From Myxococcales bacterium (GTDB lineage Bacteria; Myxococcota_A; UBA9042; JABWCM01; BTVJ01): 64,000 nt of DNA. A program made the position numbers and the translations under genes. Under the pieces are notes generated by a model. The model made no database searches. It was not told the DNA's origin and worked only from the letters and a program-made list of their open reading frames with translations. The stretch spans positions 141,220 to 205,219 of the forward strand of contig BTVJ01000005.1 of assembly GCA_045863395.1 (NCBI GenBank). Direction: 5' to 3'. Shown here in pieces: positions 1 to 9,210 of this stretch; position 1 is the stretch's first letter, and every line of letters starts with the position of its first letter.

Positions 1-2630
1 CGGGAGCGGGCGGACGTGCGGTTGCCCTGCAGCAGCACATAGTTGCGCGCCAGCTCTGGGACCTCGTCCCGGCGCCCCGCCTTGACGAGGGCGTCCGTGT
101 ACCGCGGGAAGAGGTTGTCCAGGTTGCGCCGGTTCTCGGCCACGAAGGCCGCCTCGAAGTGCCTCAGCGCCCTGGTGAGCTCGCTGGCCTCGTAATACTG
201 TTGGGCCACGCGGACATGGGCGCCGGGCTTGTCGGGCTCCGCCTCCACCACCTGGGCAAACGCGCGCTCCGCGCGCTCGGTCTGGCGCAGCTTGAGCAAC
301 GCCACTCCCTGGTTGAAGGACACGGCCTGTCGCTCCGACGCGGAGGCCATCGCCAGGTCGTAGGCGCGCACGGCCAGATCCCAGAGCTGCGCGTTGAAGA
401 GCTGGTCACCGAGCGCCCGCATCTCTCGTGGCTTGGCTCCGCCAGCGTCGAGGAAGCGCTCGAAGTGATGCCGTGAGCGCGCGATGTCGCCCCGCTTCGC
501 GTACATCCTCGCCAGGCGGCGGTGGACCTCCGGGTCCTTGACGTCGTCGGCGCCGAGCGCCCCGACGACGCGGGCGGCCTCCGCCTCGTGGCCCTTGCCG
601 ATCAGGTACAGAGCCACCTTCTCTACGGCCGCACCCCTCTCTGGCGCCCGCTCCACGTAGCGCTGGAACGCGGTGATCGCCTGGTCGAGGCGCTTCGCCG
701 CGACGTAGGCCTGGCCGAGCAGGAAGCTCGCCTCGGCGTCGGCCGGGTCCAGGCGGGCGATCTCCTCCTGAACGAGGACCTGGAGCTCCACCATCGTCGC
801 CTGCGGGCGGATGCGCTGCGCGATGAGACGGGCTGCGGCGAGGCGATCCGGGGATCGCTCCAGCAGGGCGCGGAAGTAGACTGCCGCCTTGTCTGGGTCC
901 CGGCGCTTGCCCGACAGGAAGGCGGACCCCAGGAGCTGGAGCGCCTCGGCCGCCTCCGCGTCTCGGCCCGGGGGAGCCGCAGCCACCGCCTCCAGCAGCG
1001 GGACCCCGCGGTCCGCGTCACCGCGGTCCATGTACCGGCGCCCGACGGCGAGGCGGGCGCCGATGGGATCGGACGCGGACGCCATGAAGCGGTCCATGGT
1101 CTTGGTCTCGTTCGAGTGGTCATCGCGGGAGCGGTAGATGTCGGCCAGCGCGACGGACGCGCGCTGGAGCCCCGGGCGGGCCTCCAGCGCCCCCTGGAGC
1201 GCCACCACCGCCTTGTCGTGGAGCTTGAGGTCGGCGTAGAGGAGCCCAACCTCCTCATGCGCGATGGCGCGGTCCGGTGCGCGGCCGACGTAGGCCAGGA
1301 GCTCCTTGTCCCGCGCGTCGTCATGGCCCAGCTCGTGCTCCAGCCTCCCCACCTGGAGCAGGAGCGCGGGGTCTGCACCCGGGAGGGCCAGGGCGCGCCG
1401 GTAGAGGTCGATGGCCTCCTGCTGCTGCCCCAGGGACGCCAGGGCCTTGGCGGCGTCCTCGGCCGCTGCTCGGGTGCCGGCCAGCTCCACGAAGCTCAAG
1501 TAGAGGGGCACGAGCTTGTCGCGATCACCGACCCTCAGGTAGAGGCGGGCCAGGACGTTGCGAGGCTCCAGGTTGGTCGGTTCGAGTTCGATCGCCTCTT
1601 GGAGCGCCTCGATGGCGAGCTGGGGAGCCTGGAACTTGATGTAGAGGCGCGCCGCGGCCTCCCGAGCCTCCACCTGTGCGGCGGCGGGGAGCGTCGCGTA
1701 GTGGCGACCGAAGGCGGCCTTGGCGTCGTCGAGGCGGCGTAGCTTCAGGTAGAGCACCGCGAGGTCACCGAACAGCCCCTCCTGGGTCGGGTCCAGCTCG
1801 GCAGAGCGCCGGTACGCCTGCTCGGCTGGGTCGAACTTGAAGTTGGACTCGTAGAAGTTCGCCAGCTCGCGCAGCACCCGCGCGCTGCTGGCCTGGTCCA
1901 CCCCCTTGCCCTTGAGGTACGTGTCGAGCTCGCGGGCGGCCTCGTCGGCCTGGCCGAGGAGGGTGTGCACGCGGCCCCGACGAAAGGCCAGATCCACCGG
2001 GTCGGCAAACGGGGCGGCCTTGTCGTATGCGGCCAGGGCGTCGCGGTAGTAGCCGGCGTCATAGGCGGCATCGCCGGCCCCCAGGAAGGCAGCGGCGATG
2101 CGGGCCCGGTCGGCCTCGTCGGGAGCCCCCGCTGCCGCCAGGCGCCCAGCGTACCCGGACGCCTCCTTGTACGCCCCTCCCGCGAGCGCCTCGTCGATGG
2201 CCCCGCGAAGGGCGGCCGCGCGAAGGTCGCCGGGGTGCTCCGCATAGCGCGGGTCCAGCGCCTCGGCCGCCGCCACGTGCTCGGCCGCCTCCGCCGCCCG
2301 CCCACGGGCCAAGGCGTTGACGGCGAGCCAGTGGAGCGCGTCCACGCTGCTCGGAAGCAACGACGTCGCCTGGCGCAGCGAGGGCTCCGCCTCCTCGTGG
2401 CGCCCGGCCTGCTCCAAGGCGATGCCGAGCCGCAGCGCGGCCTCCCCGTCCCCCGGGGCCTGCGCGGCGGCGGCGCGAAGGGCCGGCTCGGTGGCCTCGA
2501 TGGGACCATCGGGGAGCAGGTCGTCTCGAAGCAGGGCCTTGCCGCAGCCCGCGCTCGCCAGGAGGGCGAGGAGCACGACGCAGGCGGGTGCGTAGGAGGA
2601 GCGGAGCCGGCGGTTGAGTGTGGCGGTCAT
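1..2630 (-). CDS. Large tetratricopeptide-repeat lipoprotein (3' end runs off the window)
   Basis: Not in the ORF track because it has no stop in the window. My translation from ATG 2630 (GAGG upstream) gives MTATLNRRLRSSYAPACVVLLALLASAGC (lipobox-like), then many TPR-like helices such as AEQAYRRSAELDP and AIEALQEAIELEP. The frame stays open to position 1. Confidence 0.8.
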   Translation of the reverse strand, partial: MTATLNRRLRSSYAPACVVLLALLASAGCGKALLRDDLLPDGPIEATEPALRAAAAQAPGDGEAALRLGIALEQAGRHEEAEPSLRQATSLLPSSVDALHWLAVNALARGRAAEAAEHVAAAEALDPRYAEHPGDLRAAALRGAIDEALAGGAYKEASGYAGRLAAAGAPDEADRARIAAAFLGAGDAAYDAGYYRDALAAYDKAAPFADPVDLAFRRGRVHTLLGQADEAARELDTYLKGKGVDQASSARVLRELANFYESNFKFDPAEQAYRRSAELDPTQEGLFGDLAVLYLKLRRLDDAKAAFGRHYATLPAAAQVEAREAAARLYIKFQAPQLAIEALQEAIELEPTNLEPRNVLARLYLRVGDRDKLVPLYLSFVELAGTRAAAEDAAKALASLGQQQEAIDLYRRALALPGADPALLLQVGRLEHELGHDDARDKELLAYVGRAPDRAIAHEEVGLLYADLKLHDKAVVALQGALEARPGLQRASVALADIYRSRDDHSNETKTMDRFMASASDPIGARLAVGRRYMDRGDADRGVPLLEAVAAAPPGRDAEAAEALQLLGSAFLSGKRRDPDKAAVYFRALLERSPDRLAAARLIAQRIRPQATMVELQVLVQEEIARLDPADAEASFLLGQAYVAAKRLDQAITAFQRYVERAPERGAAVEKVALYLIGKGHEAEAARVVGALGADDVKDPEVHRRLARMYAKRGDIARSRHHFERFLDAGGAKPREMRALGDQLFNAQLWDLAVRAYDLAMASASERQAVSFNQGVALLKLRQTERAERAFAQVVEAEPDKPGAHVRVAQQYYEASELTRALRHFEAAFVAENRRNLDNLFPRYTDALVKAGRRDEVPELARNYVLLQGNRTSARS

Positions 2631-2696
2631 CGCGTCCTCGAACAACGGGCTCGGGTGATCGGTTCCCGGCAGGGCCACCATGGCTCAGCCTCTACG

Positions 2697-4247
2697 TCAG
2701 CTCATCAGCGCGCGCGCGACCGCGTCGGCGAGGCCGTCGGCGGTGTGCGGCGAGGCCTCCGCGTGGACCGGGAGGCCGAGCGCGCGCGCGGCCGTCGAGG
2801 TCGTCGGGCCGATGGTCGCGATCCGGACCCGCCCGAGCAGGTCGAGGGCCTCCTCGCCCCCACCGAGGCGCCCCACGAGATTGCGCACCGCCGACGGGCT
2901 CGTCAACGTGACGGCGTGGAGGGCACCACTTCGCAGGGCCTGTAGTGCGGGCCCCGGGTCCGGCTCCTCCGGGCAGACGGTGCGGTAGGCGGTGACCACG
3001 TCGATGAAGCCCCCCAGGGCCGCGATGCCCGCCGGGATGACGTCGCGTCCCTCGGCGGCGCGGGGCATGAGGAAGCGGCCGCTCGCCAGGCCCGCGCGTC
3101 CGAGCGCCTGCTCCAGGGCCGAGAGGACCCCCTCGGCGGTCGCCTCCTCGGGAACGAGATCGGCGACGATCCCGTGAGCTTCCAGGCGCTCTGCGGTGGC
3201 CGGACCCACTGCGCAGATGCAGACCGGCGCAAGAAGCCGGGCATCTCCGTTGAGCGCCCGAATCCGCTCGAACAAGGCATCGACGGCGTTGGCGCTGGTC
3301 AGGATGACCCACCCATAGGTGTCGAGACGCGCCAGGGCGCTGTCGAGGGGCGCCGTCGACTCCGGCGGCGCGAAGGCGAGCACGGGCAGGACGAGCACGT
3401 CGGCCCCCAGCGCCTCGAGGGCCTCGACGAGGCCCCCGGCCTGCTCTCGGGCCCTCGTCACCAGCACCCGCGCCCCGTGCAGTGGCCGTCGATCGAACCA
3501 TGCGATCTCGCTGCGGAGCGCCACCACGTCCCCGACGACCAGCGTGGCGGGAGACCCGATGGCGGCCGCCGCCGCGCGAGCCGCGATGTCGGCGAGGGTG
3601 CCGGTCACAGTGCGCTGGGCCGCCGTCGTGCCCCACTGGACCACCGCCGCGGGGGTCGCTGGAGCGCGCCCTCCGGCGACCATGGCCGCCGCGATGGCGG
3701 CCAGGCGCCGCGCGCCCATCAGCACGACCAGCGTGTCGGCCGCCGTCGCCATGCGCTCCCAGCGCACCCGATCCATGGGGCGGGCCGGGTCCTCGTGGCC
3801 GGTGACCACCAGCAGCGAGGAGGACGCGCGGCGATCCGTCACGGGGATCCCCGCATAGGCCGGCACGGCGAGGGCGGCGCTCGGCCCGGGGACCACCTCG
3901 AAGGGTACGCCGTGGGCAGCCAGCCACGCGGCCTCCTCGCCGCCCCGCCCGAAGAGGAAGGGGTCGCCCCCCTTCAGTCTCACGACGAGGCGCGCGCGGC
4001 GGGCCCGGTCGACGAGCAGCTCGTTGATCTGCTGCTGGGAGAGGGCGCGCGCCCCGGCCCACTTGCCGGCGTAGATGCGCTCGGCCTCCGGTCGCGCGGC
4101 ATCGAGCAGCGCCGCGGACACCAGGTGATCGTGGACCACCACGTCGGCGGCCCGGAGGCGCTCCATTCCACGGACCGTGATGAGCCCGGGGTCACCAGGA
4201 CCAGCCCCCACGAGGGAGACCAGCCCGACGGCGCGTGCCTCACGCAC
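2697..4247 (-). CDS. cobA: Uroporphyrinogen-III C-methyltransferase / uroporphyrinogen-III synthase fusion (CobA-HemD)
   Basis: LVGAGPGDPGLIT and RLKGGDPFLFGRGGEE motifs, then a HemD domain (VLVTRAREQ, TSANAV, AVGPAT, TSPSAV, IGPTT). Confidence 0.95.
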   Translation of the reverse strand: MREARAVGLVSLVGAGPGDPGLITVRGMERLRAADVVVHDHLVSAALLDAARPEAERIYAGKWAGARALSQQQINELLVDRARRARLVVRLKGGDPFLFGRGGEEAAWLAAHGVPFEVVPGPSAALAVPAYAGIPVTDRRASSSLLVVTGHEDPARPMDRVRWERMATAADTLVVLMGARRLAAIAAAMVAGGRAPATPAAVVQWGTTAAQRTVTGTLADIAARAAAAAIGSPATLVVGDVVALRSEIAWFDRRPLHGARVLVTRAREQAGGLVEALEALGADVLVLPVLAFAPPESTAPLDSALARLDTYGWVILTSANAVDALFERIRALNGDARLLAPVCICAVGPATAERLEAHGIVADLVPEEATAEGVLSALEQALGRAGLASGRFLMPRAAEGRDVIPAGIAALGGFIDVVTAYRTVCPEEPDPGPALQALRSGALHAVTLTSPSAVRNLVGRLGGGEEALDLLGRVRIATIGPTTSTAARALGLPVHAEASPHTADGLADAVARALMS

Positions 4248-5184
4248 CCGTGCCCTCGGGGGTCACGCCGATGGCGGCGAGGATGTCGAGCCCCCCGTCG
4301 GCGAGCAGCCGGTCGGCGAGGCGCAGGCCGATGACGGCCGCGTCCTCGGGCGCCCCGGAGTCCTCGCCGCGCACGATGCGGGACCCGTCCGGGGCGGCGA
4401 TCAGCGCTCGCAGCCGGAGCGCGCCGCCCTCGACCACCGCGAACCCGGCGACAGGGGTGACGCAGCTCCCGCCGAGGCGCCGCATCACGGCGCGCTCCGC
4501 TGTGACCGCCGCGGCGGTGGCCGGGTGATCGAGGCGCGTCAGCCCCTCGCGCAGGGCGGCGTGGTCCTCGCGTGTCTCCAGCGCGAGCGCCCCCTGCCCG
4601 ATGGCCGGGAGCATCTCGTCGGCGCTGAGCACCGCCCCCTTGACGTCGTGCAGCCCGAGGCGCCGCAGCCCGGCGTGGGCCAGGATGGTCGCGTCGAAGT
4701 CGCCCCGATCCACCTTGCCGAGGCGCGTCTCCACGTTGCCGCGGAGCTGCTCGACGCGCAGATCTGGCCGCAGCGCCAGGATCTGCGAGCGGCGCCGCAG
4801 GCTGGACGAGCCGACGAGGGAGCCCGCGGGCACCTCGGCGAGAGGGCGACCGTCGCGGGTGATGAGCACATCGAAGGGGCTCTCCCGCTCCAGCGTCGCG
4901 GTGAGCACGAAGCCGGGCGGCAGGACCCCCGGGACGTCTTTCATGCTGTGGACCGCCAGGTCGACCTCGCCGAGGGCGAGAGCCTCTTCAATCTCTTTGA
5001 TGAACAGCCCCTTGCCGCCGATCTCCGACAGGCTCCGGTCCTGGATGCGATCCCCGCTCGTCTTGATGATCTGCAGGTCGACCCGCCCGGCGATGCCCGT
5101 GTCGACGAGCAGCTTCGCGATGTGCCGCGACTGCACGAGCGCCAGGTTGCTGCCCCGTGTCCCGATCCTGACCACTGGAATCAT
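4240..5184 (-). CDS. hemC: Hydroxymethylbilane synthase (porphobilinogen deaminase)
   Basis: RIGTRGSNLALVQ, GGKGLFIKE, AVHSMKDVP, SSLRR, LRGNVETRL and GGSC motifs. Confidence 0.97.
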   Translation of the reverse strand: MIPVVRIGTRGSNLALVQSRHIAKLLVDTGIAGRVDLQIIKTSGDRIQDRSLSEIGGKGLFIKEIEEALALGEVDLAVHSMKDVPGVLPPGFVLTATLERESPFDVLITRDGRPLAEVPAGSLVGSSSLRRRSQILALRPDLRVEQLRGNVETRLGKVDRGDFDATILAHAGLRRLGLHDVKGAVLSADEMLPAIGQGALALETREDHAALREGLTRLDHPATAAAVTAERAVMRRLGGSCVTPVAGFAVVEGGALRLRALIAAPDGSRIVRGEDSGAPEDAAVIGLRLADRLLADGGLDILAAIGVTPEGTGA

Positions 5185-5195
5185 CGGTCCTCCGC

Positions 5196-6536
5196 CTACG
5201 CGCTGTCGCGTGCCTGTTCGCTCCCGCGCTCGCCTGCCGCAGGCTCGGGCGCATGTGGCTCCTCGGCTGGCAGCGCGAACAGATCGCGCACGGCCTCCAC
5301 CAGCCTCTGCCCGTCCACACCGCTGCTCTCGCGCTTGAGGCGCACGGTGGGCTCGTGCAGGAACTTGTTCACCATGGCCATGGTCATGCGCTCGACCACC
5401 GCCCGCTGCTCGTCGGTCAAGGCGCGCAGCGTCTTGTCACTGCGCTCCAGCTCCGCGTCTCGAATCGCCATCACCCGCTTGCGCAGCGAGGCGATGGTCG
5501 GGGTGATCGTCGCCTCGGCAAGCCAGCGGGCGTGGCGCTGGACCTCGTCACGCACGACGAGGATCGCCTTGTCCACCTCGCGCTGCCGGTCCTCCTGGTT
5601 CTTCTTGGTGATCTGCTCGAGGTCGTCCACGTTGTAGAGGTAGACGTTCTCGATCTCGCCCACCCGCGGGTCCACGTCGCGCGGGACCGCGATGTCCACG
5701 AGGAACAGCGCCCGGTACTTGCGGCGCCGCATGACCTTGGCGACCAGGTCGGGCTCGATGACGAACAGCGGGCTGCCCGTCGACGAGATCACGATGTCCA
5801 CGTGCTCCAGCAGAAACGGCAGGTCGCCGAAGGCCCGCGCCTGCCAGCCGTGCGCCTCCGCCAGCTTCACCGCGCGCTCGTAGCTCCGGTTCGCGATGAA
5901 CACGTTGGAGGCGCCGTTCTCCTCCAGGTTCTGCGCAGCCAGCTCGGCCATCTCGCCCGCGCCGACGACCAGCACCGAGCACTTGTCCAGGCTCTCGAAG
6001 ATGCGCCGCGCCAGCTCGACGGCGACCCAGCTCACGCTGATGGCCCCCGCGGCCACCTGCGTCTCGGTGCGGACGCGCTTGGCAGCCCGGAACGCCCGCT
6101 CGAAGAGGGCGCGCAGCTCGGGGCCGACGGTGCCTGCGTCGGAGGAGCCCGCGAACGCCTCCTTGACCTGCCCCAGGATCTGGGGCTCGCCTACCACGAG
6201 GCTCTCCAGGCTGGACGCCACCCGGAAGAGGTGCTCCACCCCGTCGCCGCCAAGGATCGTGTAGGTGTGGCGGGCGAGGCGCTCGGTGGGGATCCGCTTC
6301 TCGCGGGCGTAGAAGTCGAACACCGCGGTCGCCAGGTCCTCCAGGCGGACACCGGGCCGTGCCACGGCATAGGTCTCGACGCGGTTGCAGGTGGACACCA
6401 CCACTGCCTCGCCGACCTCCGGGCACTCGCAGAGGCGGTGCAGGACGCCGGGTAGATCGTCCCGCGCGATGGCCATCTGCTCGCGCACGTCGACCGGCGC
6501 AGACTTGTGGCTGAGCCCGAAGCACAGGAGCTTCAT
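5196..6536 (-). CDS. hemA: Glutamyl-tRNA reductase
   Basis: GLSHKSAP, STCNRVE, GEPQILGQVK, GAGEM and DIAVPRD motifs. Confidence 0.97.
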   Translation of the reverse strand: MKLLCFGLSHKSAPVDVREQMAIARDDLPGVLHRLCECPEVGEAVVVSTCNRVETYAVARPGVRLEDLATAVFDFYAREKRIPTERLARHTYTILGGDGVEHLFRVASSLESLVVGEPQILGQVKEAFAGSSDAGTVGPELRALFERAFRAAKRVRTETQVAAGAISVSWVAVELARRIFESLDKCSVLVVGAGEMAELAAQNLEENGASNVFIANRSYERAVKLAEAHGWQARAFGDLPFLLEHVDIVISSTGSPLFVIEPDLVAKVMRRRKYRALFLVDIAVPRDVDPRVGEIENVYLYNVDDLEQITKKNQEDRQREVDKAILVVRDEVQRHARWLAEATITPTIASLRKRVMAIRDAELERSDKTLRALTDEQRAVVERMTMAMVNKFLHEPTVRLKRESSGVDGQRLVEAVRDLFALPAEEPHAPEPAAGERGSEQARDSA

Positions 6537-6546
6537 CGTCCCACCC

Positions 6547-7350
6547 TCAAGCCATGGTCCGCGACATGTAGATCAAGACGACCGACAAGGAGCTCAGGAA
6601 GCCGATGATCGTCAGCACGGCGGCGCGTCGCCCCTTCCACCCGATCGTGAGCCTGGAATAGAGGAGCAGACCATAGATGACCCATGCGGCGATGGCCAGC
6701 ACGTATTGGGGCGGGATACCGTGGTGCGCCATCTTTCCGACCCAGACCGCGCCGAGCACGATGCCGACGGTATAGACGGGGAACCCGATGAGGATCGCCC
6801 GGTGGTTGGCCCGCTCCAGGGACCCGAGGGGCGGGATGCGGCCCCGGGACGACACCAGCAGCTTGTGTTTCTTGAGGTTGTGGTCCTGCACGAGGTACAG
6901 GATGCTCACGACGAAGGCGACGGTGAAGGCGAGCACGCCGATGATGCTCGCCCCGATGTGGAGCGGCGTCACGAGCCCGATGACCTGGTCGCGCACGGTC
7001 CCAGCCTGGCGGGCCCCCTCCCACACGCTGTAGAGCACGACCGTCACCACGGGTGTCAGGAAGGCGCCGCCCATGTTCCCGGGGCGCTTGAGGCTGGTCA
7101 CGATGTACGCGCCCACGGCGATGAAGGACGCGACCAGGAGCAGATCCGTCGGGAGCCCCTCTGCGCCCCCTGCCCCCAGGACGAAGCGCGCGATCAGCGC
7201 GCACCCGTGCAGCAACCATGCGCCGATCATGGTCGCCCTGCCGAAGCGGAGCGCGACCTCACGAAACCGGAGCAGGTACGCCATGTAGAAGACGGTGCTG
7301 TTCAGGTACCCGAGGCATGTCGCGATGATCAGCCACCCGACGGGGCTCAT
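6547..7350 (-). CDS. ccsA: Cytochrome c assembly protein (CcsA/HemX-like membrane protein)
   Basis: Multi-TM protein with a conserved His (PLHIG), LYLVQD, GAVW and GWKGRRAA; lies between sirC and hemA. Start reassigned to ATG 7350 (MSPVGW). Confidence 0.85.
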   Translation of the reverse strand: MSPVGWLIIATCLGYLNSTVFYMAYLLRFREVALRFGRATMIGAWLLHGCALIARFVLGAGGAEGLPTDLLLVASFIAVGAYIVTSLKRPGNMGGAFLTPVVTVVLYSVWEGARQAGTVRDQVIGLVTPLHIGASIIGVLAFTVAFVVSILYLVQDHNLKKHKLLVSSRGRIPPLGSLERANHRAILIGFPVYTVGIVLGAVWVGKMAHHGIPPQYVLAIAAWVIYGLLLYSRLTIGWKGRRAAVLTIIGFLSSLSVVLIYMSRTMA

Positions 7351-8018
7351 GGGCTCCCTCCGTCCAGCAGGGACGTGACCCCCAGAGACGCCGCGGTGAC
7401 CGCGGGGCCCAGCGTGTCGGCCAGCAGCCGATCCAGCGCAGCCTCGTCGCGGCGCCGACACGCCTCGAAGAGCGCGTCGCCCACCAGCCGCTCGTAGGCC
7501 TGGCGCGGGGGCGGGCCGTCCTGGCGCAGGCGCTCGCGCGCGGCGGCCACCACCTCCAGCGCGGTCGCCACCTCGGGCCCGATCAGGCCGTCGAGCCACT
7601 CCTTGAGGGCGTGCGAGAAGCCTGGGCACGCGCCGCCGGTGGACAGCGCCACCGTGAGACGCCCGCGGCGCAGCACCGCTGGGACGTGAAAGTCGCTGGC
7701 ATCGGGGTCATCGGCCACGTTCACCAGCACTCCGCGCGCCCTCGCCGCGCTCACCACGGCGGCGTTCGTGTCGCGGCGGTCCGTGGCGGCGATGGCCGCA
7801 AAGGCCCCGTCCAGGTGGTGCGGCTCGAAGCGGGCCTCGACGAGGTCGGCCCTGGCCGCTGCCCAGGTCCTGACCTCGTCCGACGGCGCGGCCGCGACGA
7901 TGCGCAGCGCCGCCCCCGTCCCCTCGAGCAGGCGGAGCTTTCGTCCGGCCACACGACCGCCGCCGACGACGACGATCACCCTGCCCGCCACGCTCATGTT
8001 CATCGGATATCGCAGCAT
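7347..8018 (-). CDS. Precorrin-2 dehydrogenase / sirohydrochlorin ferrochelatase (SirC/CysG N-terminal type)
   Basis: YPMNMSVAGRVIVVVGGGRVAGRK, AATD, VNVADDP and STGGACP motifs; ATG 8018 with GAGGAG RBS. Confidence 0.9.
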   Translation of the reverse strand: MLRYPMNMSVAGRVIVVVGGGRVAGRKLRLLEGTGAALRIVAAAPSDEVRTWAAARADLVEARFEPHHLDGAFAAIAATDRRDTNAAVVSAARARGVLVNVADDPDASDFHVPAVLRRGRLTVALSTGGACPGFSHALKEWLDGLIGPEVATALEVVAAARERLRQDGPPPRQAYERLVGDALFEACRRRDEAALDRLLADTLGPAVTAASLGVTSLLDGGSP

Positions 8019-8043
8019 GCGCTCCTCGCCCCACGGGCGCCTG

Positions 8044-8072
8044 AGTATAGGGAGGGCCCCTCGCGTTGTCAC
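8044..8072 (-). promoter_or_regulatory. Putative sigma70 promoter for the tetrapyrrole operon
   Basis: Minus strand GTGACA-N17-TATACT between the rodA stop and the sirC start. Confidence 0.55.
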
Positions 8073-8089
8073 TGGCCCCTGGGAGGCCA

Positions 8090-9208
8090 TCACGAGATCT
8101 TCCCTCGACTGACGCTCACGTTGAGGACCATGCCGATGCCGATGAAGGTGGTCAGCACGCTCGACCCCCCGTAGCTCAACAGCGGCAGGGTCACGCCGAC
8201 CACCGGTAGGAGCCCGATGACCATGCCGATGTTCACGAAAGCGCCACTGACGATCATGGTCGCGACGCCGGCGGCAAGCATGGCGCCGAACCTCTCCCTC
8301 GCCGCGCGGGCGACGCGGAACATCCACACGGCAAAGGCGAAGAACACGAGGGTCAGCCCCGCGCAGCCAACGAACCCGTGCTCCTCCGCGAACGTGGCGA
8401 TGATGAAGTCGTTGTGCATCTCCGGCAGGTACTTGAGCCGGCTCCGTGCGCCTCCCTTGATGCCCTTCCCCATCACCTTGCCGCTCCCCACCGCCCACAG
8501 GGCCTGCTCGGGCTGGAGCTTCTTGTCCAGGACCTTCTTCCCCTCCGGGTCCAGCTTGAACTGGTCTTCGTTGAGCCACAGGCGCACCCGATCCTTCTGG
8601 TAGTCGTGGATCACGTCGAACTGCCAGGCGAGAGGGAGCACGAGCATGACGACGGCGAGCACGGTCAGGAGGCTGCGCATGCGGATGCCCTCGAACAGCA
8701 GCATGCACGCGGCGACGATGACGAGCATGAGGGTCGTACCGAGGTCCGGCTGCAGAAGGACCAGCGCCGAGGGAACGCCGATCATGATCGTAGGCACGAT
8801 GAGCTCGCGGAGGGTGAACTTGCCCGGCTTCTTGTTGCGCTGGATCCATCGGGCCAGCGCGAGGATCATGCCGATCTTCATGAACTCGCTGGGCTGGATC
8901 ACCATGTTGCCTATCTCGATCCACCGCTGGCTGTTGTTCACCTCGCGGCCGAAGAGCCGGGTCGCCAGCAGCAGCGCCATGACGGCGAAGTAGACGAGAT
9001 ACGACAGGCGCTCGAGGACGCGCAGGTCCACCGCGGCGATCAGGAACGCGACGATCACGCCCAGCAGCATCCAGATGACCTGGGACTTGTGGAACTGGTC
9101 GCCCGAGTAGTAGTCGCTGCTGGCGAGGTTGACGAGCCCGAGGGCTGACACGCCCAGCAGCAACAGCAGCCAGAGCCAGTTGGAGCGGATGGCACGGAGG
9201 AACTGCAT
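8090..9208 (-). CDS. rodA: Rod shape-determining SEDS protein RodA
   Basis: SQRWI, QPSEFMK, QPDLGT, LPEMHNDFI and LPLLSYGGSS motifs; start reassigned to ATG 9208. Confidence 0.95.
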   Translation of the reverse strand: MQFLRAIRSNWLWLLLLLGVSALGLVNLASSDYYSGDQFHKSQVIWMLLGVIVAFLIAAVDLRVLERLSYLVYFAVMALLLATRLFGREVNNSQRWIEIGNMVIQPSEFMKIGMILALARWIQRNKKPGKFTLRELIVPTIMIGVPSALVLLQPDLGTTLMLVIVAACMLLFEGIRMRSLLTVLAVVMLVLPLAWQFDVIHDYQKDRVRLWLNEDQFKLDPEGKKVLDKKLQPEQALWAVGSGKVMGKGIKGGARSRLKYLPEMHNDFIIATFAEEHGFVGCAGLTLVFFAFAVWMFRVARAARERFGAMLAAGVATMIVSGAFVNIGMVIGLLPVVGVTLPLLSYGGSSVLTTFIGIGMVLNVSVSRGKIS

Positions 9209-9210
9209 CG

